Assembly: GCA_022736375.1 (NCBI GenBank)
Contig: DZCE01000002.1
Span: 732-64,731, forward strand
From: Arcobacter nitrofigilis
GTDB lineage: Bacteria > Campylobacterota > Campylobacteria > Campylobacterales > Sulfurovaceae
Length of the DNA: 64,000 nucleotides
Direction: 5' to 3'
This document shows, one piece after another, positions 43,578 through 51,675 of this stretch. A program made the position numbers and the translations under genes. Position 1 is the first letter of the stretch; every line of letters begins with the position of its first letter. The notes under the pieces were generated by a model. It had not been told where the DNA came from, did no database searches, and saw nothing but the letters and a program-made list of their open reading frames with translations.

Positions 43578-43637
43578 GGCGGTGGATAACTTGTTTAAGT
43601 AGGAATCTTTATTATAGAATATCCTACTAAAGGCATA

Positions 43638-44489
43638 TTAATAGTTGCCAAGTGCTGGTACGAATAGTCCAAACAATCCAGCTACTACACCTGATTTTAC
43701 AGTCTCGCCTGAAGGTAGTTCGAATACTACTTTAAATGGGTCTGTGGGGCTAATACTAGCTGAAGAGACAAGAATTCTGCCATCCTCGGTATAAATCGTA
43801 CAATCTTGTGAAATAGCTACGCTATTAAAATTGCCTCGTGTTGCATCATCTGTAGGGAAAATAAGAATAGAGGGTGTACTAGTTGCATCGTCTTCGTTAA
43901 TTGCGTAACTAATTGTTTTGAAGTTTGATACAATAGTACTCATTACTTCAGCTGGATTAGTCGCTTCTCTAGTGAGTCTTTCTGCATTCTCAGACACTAC
44001 CCCGATTTCATCATAGATCCCAGCTAGTTCATTGCTGATAAGAGCAGTGATTTGGCTGTCAGTATATGCTTGTGCTGCGTTAGCCATCTCGGTGATAGAT
44101 GCCGCGTTATCATCAATGAATTGTTTGATTTCGAGGAAAGTATCCGCCTCGATAGCAGCGCCTTCGGTAATAATGTTCATAGCATCTGTTGCCGCTTTTT
44201 TCGCGATATTTAGCATAGAACCAGGAATTGTTTCTCCACCATTAAGTGTTGCCATTGCAGGGCCGTATCTATTCTCGATGGCCGACTCTACTTCACTCAT
44301 ATATTCTTCAATAGTCTTTCGAGTGTTGTGATTTTGACCTAATAGGGCATAAAGTCTACTTTGAATAGCACCATTAGAACTGGTTACCGAGTTCAAATTA
44401 TATGTCAAAGTAGATATATTGTTATTTACGCCTGGTAACAGATTTAAATCTATTTTTTTTAACGCTGGAGATCTTCCTAATCTAGCCAT
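43638..44489 (-). CDS. hypothetical virion protein, 283 aa (paralogue of 44529-45428)
   Basis: The C-terminal ~80 aa (LIFPTDDATRGNFNSVAISQDCTIY...LPSGETVKSGVVAGLFGLFVP) align with the upstream neighbour. Followed by a strong terminator. Confidence 0.65.
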   Translation of the reverse strand: MARLGRSPALKKIDLNLLPGVNNNISTLTYNLNSVTSSNGAIQSRLYALLGQNHNTRKTIEEYMSEVESAIENRYGPAMATLNGGETIPGSMLNIAKKAATDAMNIITEGAAIEADTFLEIKQFIDDNAASITEMANAAQAYTDSQITALISNELAGIYDEIGVVSENAERLTREATNPAEVMSTIVSNFKTISYAINEDDATSTPSILIFPTDDATRGNFNSVAISQDCTIYTEDGRILVSSASISPTDPFKVVFELPSGETVKSGVVAGLFGLFVPALGNY

Positions 44490-44510
44490 GAGTTTTTCCT
44501 TTGTGATAAA

Positions 44511-44536
44511 TTATTTGAAGTTTATACTTCAAATAA
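44511..44536 (-). terminator. Weak AT-rich hairpin between the two tandem paralogues
   Basis: TTATTTGAAGT-TTAT-ACTTCAAATAA. The stop TGA of 44529-45428 lies in the stem. Confidence 0.3.
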
Positions 44537-45428
44537 TAGAAATTTTATTAGGGACAAAAAACGCACCCAACCCGAACAACGTTCCAGATAACATGAATTC
44601 TCCATCAGGAAGTCTGATGTTTATTTTAAACTTGTCAATTTCATCTATATCGGCAGTTACAGTATATATACTGCCACTATCTGAAAATAGGATACATTCG
44701 CCACTAATAGCAACACTAGCCCAATTAGCTCTATCCGGCGAGTTTTGTGGAAATATTAATACAGATGGTGTATTAGTAAGTGTAGCTGAACTAACCTTAT
44801 AACATATATTCTTAAAATTATTAGTAATTATATTCATTACAATATTATCTATGTTAAGATAATCAAAACTGACAAATAATTCAGACATACGCTTATTAAT
44901 AAGATCATCTATCTTTTCAACATTTGATGATAAGAATTCATTAAAGTCGTCAGTTGCCGCGGTTTGAGGGCTCATCTCTCTAAGCTCACAGAGGAATTCG
45001 CCAGAAGAGGTTTTAACTATTTTATATAAATATACAGATGTGCTAGTTATCTTGCCTTTTAATATAATTTGCCCGTTTAATATAACAGGAATTCGACCTA
45101 ACCCCTCTAATATAAACCAATTGATATCCTCCTCGTTTGAATTAACAGTGGTAAATAGTCCGGAGGTAGTTCTTGTGTATGAGTTAAGATCGTCTAGCCC
45201 ACCTCTCCTAACGATCATAGTATCATTGGTAAAATAAACATCGTCGTTAGCGTAACTCCTACTAATGCCATCGATAGCCTTAACGACTTGTGTGTTATCC
45301 TCAATATTAGGATTCATAAATTTACCAATCAGATTCTTCAGCTCCTTGAATAATGGATTTATATCCATCGCGCTGAGTATACTCTTATACGTGCCGGTAG
45401 AGTCAATTTTATCATCAAATTTACCCAA
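44529..45428 (-). CDS. hypothetical virion protein, 299 aa, TTG start (paralogue of 43638-44489)
   Basis: TTG 45428 lies 6 nt after AAGGAG; the next in-frame Met is 20 codons downstream with no SD. C-terminus: LIFPQNSPDRANWASVAISGECILF...LPDGEFMLSGTLFGLGAFFVP. Confidence 0.6.
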   Translation of the reverse strand: MGKFDDKIDSTGTYKSILSAMDINPLFKELKNLIGKFMNPNIEDNTQVVKAIDGISRSYANDDVYFTNDTMIVRRGGLDDLNSYTRTTSGLFTTVNSNEEDINWFILEGLGRIPVILNGQIILKGKITSTSVYLYKIVKTSSGEFLCELREMSPQTAATDDFNEFLSSNVEKIDDLINKRMSELFVSFDYLNIDNIVMNIITNNFKNICYKVSSATLTNTPSVLIFPQNSPDRANWASVAISGECILFSDSGSIYTVTADIDEIDKFKINIRLPDGEFMLSGTLFGLGAFFVPNKISII

Positions 45429-45489
45429 AGTGTGGCTCCTTTACTTATTTTATTTTCAATTAATCAATTGAAGGTATAATAATTATAAA

Positions 45490-45528
45490 TAAAAAATAAT
45501 AATCTGCTGAGGGAATACCCATCAGCAG
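45490..45528 (-). terminator. Intrinsic terminator after the RNAP beta-C/beta'-C pair
   Basis: CTGCTGAGGG-AATA-CCCATCAGCAG (45504-45528, one bulge) with the stop TGA (45522-45524) in the stem. The minus strand continues ATTATTATTTTTTATTTAT. Confidence 0.7.
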
Positions 45529-47420
45529 TTCAACATAATATCACCAGGGTGTGGATCTTTATTACTAGAATAGGTCTGTTCGTTAGGAAACATCCAATGT
45601 AACAAACCTCCTAATAAGAAAGCGATATAGATATTCGAAGTACCTAATCTTCTCTCGTAATTGATAATTATACCATCATCATCATTTGTTAACGTTGGAT
45701 TTTTTAGCGATTTGACGTAAATCGACTTTACTATCAACGATGTAAAGGAGTACGGAATGAACATCTTACTAAGCATAAATGCATGTAGCTCATCCAAGAG
45801 AGTATATTTATCCATTCCCGTTGCCGCGGCACCGACCAGAATAGTCTCAAACTCTCTTGGAGTTGTCTCTAGACTTATTCCGATATTTGGTAACTTAAAG
45901 ACCGGAACGTCCTCCTTTAATGCCAGTATATTATTTAAATATATTTTATATACCGATTTATTGGCCACCACATTACCAATCTTACCAATCAATCTTAACA
46001 TAAAGAGAGTAAATGATAGTTTCTTTACATTTGTTGACGCGATAATAACAGTTTGTCTGCGCCTACTACCAGTTATCTTATCGATAATCTCTAACTCAAA
46101 TTGTTTAATTCTTGAATATGAATTTATATCCTTAGAAATATACTTTTCGGAAAATGTTATATTACTCACCGGAATATTTATATTATAATTGTTTTTGTTT
46201 AGATTGAACCAAGATTTATCCATATATACATTACCGTCATCACCGATGGTAAATATGTTTTTGGCGACGCCTTTAAAAATATACTCTTCTTCTTTAGAAC
46301 TACCCATATGATGTTTTTGTCCTATAATAAGTTGACTCATTATCTCTATAAAATATTGCGACACAAAGAGCCCTAAATTATATACAGGTGGTATATTATG
46401 GGTTAGTTCACCTAAACATACTGAACATATTTTCTTAGGATCATTCAGTTTACACCCTGAAGGATGACGGACTCTAATAGTATGCCCGATATAACTAGAA
46501 GACTCTTTCACATCCATAACCCGCAGTCTCGATAGACTATCATCCGTGAAGTATGATCCAACTAACGATACGTGATTTTTATCAGTCACGTCTATACTGG
46601 CGTACTCCTCAGATCCACAATCTCCATTGACGAACTCCACGAAAAACATCAATAATAGTTTCATAAGCTTACCGAAATACTCGGAGTCGGCGATAGCTCC
46701 CTTTTTAGCTCTCTGCGCTATAATAGTACTGTAACTATCTACTATATACGTATACGCATCGTAATGCCCTAATGCATAACTAGTAGCTATTGGTTTCCGT
46801 AGGATTTTCTTATTTATGTCCGATCTAAAACCAATAGGTCCGACGGTTGTTAATAATTGTTGCTGACGTACCAAACCGGCTAAGTATGATTGTCCCACAG
46901 GGGTACCGGCATACTTAGTACTAAGTAATCTATGCGTGATATCATATGCCTCATTAACGGCCCTTGGGGTCTGATCGTCATATATCCTTTCAATCGCCGA
47001 AATCAACTCTTCGTCGCATTGAATGTTTAGAACATCAATTATATCATAACATATGACATAGTTACTTACATGAAATGCTTGATTGTAATATGTCGATTTC
47101 ACATTTCTTATTGCACTAAGAAATGTATATTCGTCGATACCACTTCCACCTCTCCTGTAATCTGTTATAACGGCACCCATAGCTAGATTGACTGCCGTTT
47201 CGTCAAAAAAATCTCCTTTATAGAAATTCCCTATAAGATATCTTGAAGACTGTTTTAATCCAATTGTATTTACCAGCGACCATATAGGAATATTTAAAAC
47301 TATCTCATCTTTCCTCAATTCAACCATTTTATCGTCGAATAATATACTATGACTACCTGATATTCCGTCTTTAGCCTTATCCATACTTATTTGCCCTATT
47401 ATGTTAGCTGATAGAACCAT
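45522..47420 (-). CDS. RNA polymerase beta'-subunit C-terminal fragment (bridge helix to trigger loop)
   Basis: [20 protein letters not shown] resembles beta' [45 protein letters not shown] resembles IRSxxxCxxxxGVCxxCYG. [26 protein letters not shown] resembles [33 protein letters not shown] SD; the start overlaps the beta-C gene by 17 nt. Confidence 0.8.
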   Translation of the reverse strand: [632 protein letters not shown]

Positions 47421-49452
47421 TATTCCCCTCCTCTTCTTGTGTTAATTCTATTCCATACATAGACAATATGAATTTAGTTCGCTCAATAGCACTATCATGC
47501 ACTGGAACGTCGTTCTCATCAATTAAGTTCTCCGTGACATTATTATAGTTCTTAATCATATTATGATACATCACCATATAATACTTTGGACTACTTAACG
47601 CCGATATGAATAACCGTAAGTCTTTTCTTTCGGCGTTAGTCCATGCTAGGAGTAATAATACTTCTTGTTCACTAAGGAACTTTGGTGCGGCCGCTGAAAA
47701 GTTTCCGGAATTAGAATTATTCTTGGTGCCGCTACTGGGTTTACCATTAGGTCTAAAAAATGGTGCTGTGGAGTTCATCATTTCATCTGGTGATTTGCCT
47801 AACAGAAAGAAGTCTAGTTTATAGACCCCTATAATATATTTTGATAATTTACCGTCTATGGTGACACGTTCCCTAGGGACAGCGTACTCGGACTCGGCAA
47901 TACGTATAACCTTCTCCGCGGAAATGTCATTGAAATCAAAGGATAATATAGTTCTAAAGTCACCTTTGTTCGCTGTTTCTACGAGTATCTTTTTAGCCTC
48001 GTAATTTGACTTTATCGAGTCCAGCATGGTAATCGCATTAGCCTCACCTAATAGTTCAATATGTCTATATATTATATCAAATCCACCGGCAATAGATTCT
48101 TCACTGAACCCTCCATTTTTCCAAATATACTCCTTAACTCTATCGTTACATAAACTAATAAACTTTGAGAAATAAGCATGATACATAATACCTATATTTT
48201 GACGCGATATTACGGATTCTACAGGGATAACTATATCTACACCTTCCGGGATATTCTCAGAGTTTTCTACGATGTTGGATACTATTCCTTTACTACCAAA
48301 CTGAGAGGTTACCTTACCTCCTATGTCAGGTATCGTCGGAAACGCCACCGTGACTTCGATATAGAAGTGAGGTAGCTTTGATTTTTTAGCATATAGCGTC
48401 CTATTATCTTTAGGACCATTTACTATACCTAAGGCATCGAGAGTTATTTTTGTAAAGTGTTTGGATACATTACCCTCCCTGATATATTTATCGTGCAACC
48501 TTATAATCGATTGTAAGAATTCTATCTCTAGTTCCGCATAGTATTCCAATTGATCGTGTATAGTGTGGTAACCCACCGGCTTTGTAGAGTTTTTAGTTTG
48601 AGATATCACAAATATATCTATAACCTCACCACCATTTTTAGATAAGACGTTTAACATCCCTAAACTTGTTAAATCTTGAAGATCATTATGCTCTGTTAAA
48701 GTCTTTGTCATCTTTTCATATAAGTCAAAGCTAGGATCAGTAGTTATTTTTGAACAAAGAATACCATCTTCTCTAACTTTAGATCCAACATCAGGCAACG
48801 GGCTACCATTGTTTATTTGAGCTAGAATATCTTTAGCATTCACCTCTATAATGTATTTTTTGATATAAGAGAATTCCAATTTCTCCTGGGCTCGTTTCGA
48901 TATCACTATACCATCCTCGTTACTATTTAACGGCGATATAAATGCTACGTTTAACGTTACAGACTGAGTGTATTGATCATTAATTACATTCGGTATAGTT
49001 GTAAAATTATCACCCTTATTAAAGAACTTCCCAGGTCGTAGATCCTTATTATATCTATGTAATAATCCGTACTTACCGTCTGTAGACGTATACGGCACTA
49101 TGATCTCGGCGCCAACATTTCCATCCACATCTATATAAACAATGAGTGTCTTCATTATTATATTACCATGTTTCTTATTAACAACCTGTAGAATCTGTAG
49201 ATCATTAGACGCCTTATATGCATGTGTAGCATCGCCCATCATTTTCTCCATCCCAGTAAGTATTAGTCCCTTATCTGGGTTATTTAACGGTACTCCCTGA
49301 GAATGTGTGACGTTTAAACCCATCGCTAGTCTAGGCGAAGATACATGTACTCCATTTGGTATAGTTGCTCCTAATCCAAGAACTCTCTTCGTTAGAGGTA
49401 CAGCTTCCGGATCCCTTTTAATAAGTTTACCTTGACGACTTTCTTCCACCAT
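47404..49452 (-). CDS. RNA polymerase beta-subunit C-terminal fragment
   Basis: [30 protein letters not shown] resembles RpoB ANRALMGSNMQRQAVPL...[29 protein letters not shown] resembles [31 protein letters not shown]...[17 protein letters not shown] resembles GNKGVVSKI...[32 protein letters not shown] resembles [15 protein letters not shown]. Confidence 0.85.
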   Translation of the reverse strand: [682 protein letters not shown]

Positions 49453-49481
49453 AATGGCTCCTTCGTATTTAATATTAACTT

Positions 49482-49487
49482 CTTCAT
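49482..49487 (-). promoter_or_regulatory. Promoter-like core ATGAAG at -34 of the RNAP beta-C ATG 49452
   Basis: Context ATTATAATGAAGAAGTT. Confidence 0.3.
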
Positions 49488-49636
49488 TATAATATGTGCA
49501 TATATTAAAATATAAACACTAAAAATAGATCTATATATTTTATCATTTATTTTACCATATCACTGATAATAAATTACTGTTATTATATTCTGGTAGTTGG
49601 ATTTTTAGCTAACTACAAAAATAATATAGTTCTTCT

Positions 49637-49642
49637 TTGATA
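49637..49642 (+). promoter_or_regulatory. Promoter-like core TTGATA at -27 of the transglycosylase ATG 49665
   Basis: Context GTTCTTCTTTGATAAGATT. Confidence 0.3.
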
Positions 49643-49664
49643 AGATTACATAAAGGAGAACATA

Positions 49665-50429
49665 ATGAAACTTATCTTATTTATCTTATTCTTAACGGCG
49701 AATCTATTAGGGAGCGCGGTAAAGACAACAATACCAACGCGAGCAATGACGTATCTACCAGAACTGTATATAGCTATTGATAAATACTGGCCTGGATTTA
49801 GTTTACCTCCGTTAATAGCAGCTCAGATAGAGCAAGAGACATGCTTTAGCATGACACATAATCGATGTTGGAATCCAAATGTAGAATTTAAAGGATATAA
49901 AGTTGACTCTACATCCGGACAACGTTATTTAAAAGAACATGGGGTCGGATTACCTCAAATAACTAGGGCAAATTATATCAGAAATGGTAGAGTCGTAGAA
50001 AAATTTGATGCATTATCCGAGATGAAATCACATTTCCCTAAAGTACTAACAGATGTAAGTTGGAATAACATAAAAGGGCGACCAGATCTACAAATGGCTA
50101 TAATCACACTTAAGGATAAACAAAATTACAACACCTTTAAACTATATGCTAAAGATGAATTAAATAATTTAATATTCATGTTAGCGTCCTATAACGGAGG
50201 TGTTGGTGGATTATTATCGGAGATAAAATACTGTAAACGCCAAATGGATTGTAATCCTGGAATATGGTTTAATAATGTGGCTAATGTAGCGCTGAAATCT
50301 AAAAAGCCGCTATGGGGTAATAAGAGTCCATGGGAGATAAACAGAGATTATCCACATTTAATCCTTACGATTAGATTTAATAAATACTGTTTCGATTTTT
50401 TAAATCGCGATAGTATAACAAAAAAATAG
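49665..50429 (+). CDS. secreted lytic transglycosylase (SLT family), probable endolysin
   Basis: N-terminal signal/SAR-like sequence MKLILFILFLTANLLGSAV. SLT motifs IEQETCF (catalytic Glu), GLPQIT (GLMQ-like) and LASYNGGVGG (AYNxG). AAAGGAGAA SD. Confidence 0.8.
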   Translation: MKLILFILFLTANLLGSAVKTTIPTRAMTYLPELYIAIDKYWPGFSLPPLIAAQIEQETCFSMTHNRCWNPNVEFKGYKVDSTSGQRYLKEHGVGLPQITRANYIRNGRVVEKFDALSEMKSHFPKVLTDVSWNNIKGRPDLQMAIITLKDKQNYNTFKLYAKDELNNLIFMLASYNGGVGGLLSEIKYCKRQMDCNPGIWFNNVANVALKSKKPLWGNKSPWEINRDYPHLILTIRFNKYCFDFLNRDSITKK

Positions 50430-50466
50430 GTAGATAGAATAGAATAGATTGCGTTAGCAATCTATT

Positions 50467-51210
50467 CTATCTCATTTCATTAAGCGGGACAATCGGGTTC
50501 GCGATAAGTGTGGTATATATTCTCCAATCATCGTAGTCAATATCTGCTTGTTTAGCAAATGCCGCTAAAGTAAACATTCTCTTAATCTCTCTGGTAATAG
50601 TAGGGTTATCGTACGTTAGACTACCTTTCTTTTCACTTCTAATATAAGATAATTTATCGGACACCTCTATATCATAATCATTTACATATAGACATGTAAG
50701 TATGAAACATACATCAGTATGGAATTCAATACCCTCGACAAATGGAAATCTGATTAGTATATCTTTTTTACATACCATCCCATTTATTACCGCCCTTGGG
50801 GCGGTAATAAGTTTTCTAATTGTAGGCATATGTGGATATCTGGTATTTATTCCAGCCAACCATATATCGCCGGTAAACTCTTCTGGTAAATATACCAACG
50901 TATCATCCTGATCAAGCTTACACACATATTGATATGAGGCATTTGCTATAGCTATATTACTAGCCAAAGCATCTGACCCGGAAGGAATTTTATCCTCATC
51001 GAACCCTATATGTACTAATTTGATGCCTTGATTTGAACATCTATTAGATAATACAGGTAGCATATAGTGTACATCATTTGATTTACCATCATTTACTAGT
51101 ATAATCTCCCCGACAACACTCTTTAATGATATCGCGGAAGACACCGCCCTACTAAGTTCACCTATTGCTGGATTACATACAGATATGTAAACGGTTATAT
51201 ATTGTGACAT
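50467..51210 (-). CDS. family-2 (GT-A fold) glycosyltransferase
   Basis: N-terminal ITVYISVCN...ILVNDGKSND and the DxD-type motif KLDQDDTLV are typical of the GT2 nucleotide-sugar binding half. 247 aa. Confidence 0.65.
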   Translation of the reverse strand: MSQYITVYISVCNPAIGELSRAVSSAISLKSVVGEIILVNDGKSNDVHYMLPVLSNRCSNQGIKLVHIGFDEDKIPSGSDALASNIAIANASYQYVCKLDQDDTLVYLPEEFTGDIWLAGINTRYPHMPTIRKLITAPRAVINGMVCKKDILIRFPFVEGIEFHTDVCFILTCLYVNDYDIEVSDKLSYIRSEKKGSLTYDNPTITREIKRMFTLAAFAKQADIDYDDWRIYTTLIANPIVPLNEMR

Positions 51211-51265
51211 TTTATTATCCTTTTATTTAAATTATTCATAAATATAATATATAATTGAAAATATG

Positions 51266-51298
51266 ATTAACATCTAGGGTATTACCCTAGATGTTAAT
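51266..51298 (-). terminator. Palindromic hairpin after the small membrane-protein gene
   Basis: TTAACATCTAGGGTA-T-TACCCTAGATGTTAA, abutting the stop at 51298-51300. Confidence 0.5.
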
Positions 51299-51666
51299 TA
51301 AGTCCTTGATATTAGCGCAGATATCACCCAGGCAGCAAAAACAATGTATCCGAATACACGTATCGAATTAGCGATAAATATCGCTCCGTAGGGTACTTCT
51401 ACCCCACTATTTATAATCTCGTCAACAAGACCCTGCTCATCGGCCATATATTTAGGTCGAAACACATCTAGGGTTACCTCTATGAACATTATAATTGGCA
51501 TTGTAATTGCTATAGTGGCTAGTAAGAACTGCACATTAATTAACCAACTACTTTGATTGATCTCGATAGCGTATGTAGATAATAAACCTAGTATGATAAA
51601 AGCTATAACCGATACTACCGAATACATGACTAATCTATTGTCTACCCTGATTGTTTTTTCTTGCAT
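51298..51666 (-). CDS. small membrane protein, 122 aa (about 3 TM helices; holin-like topology possible)
   Basis: Helices VMYSVVSVIAFIILGLLSTYAI, FLLATIAITMPIIMFIEV and VFGYIVFAAWVISALI. Starts 9 nt after the upstream stop. Confidence 0.5.
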   Translation of the reverse strand: MQEKTIRVDNRLVMYSVVSVIAFIILGLLSTYAIEINQSSWLINVQFLLATIAITMPIIMFIEVTLDVFRPKYMADEQGLVDEIINSGVEVPYGAIFIANSIRVFGYIVFAAWVISALISRT

Positions 51667-51675
51667 TTTATTTCC

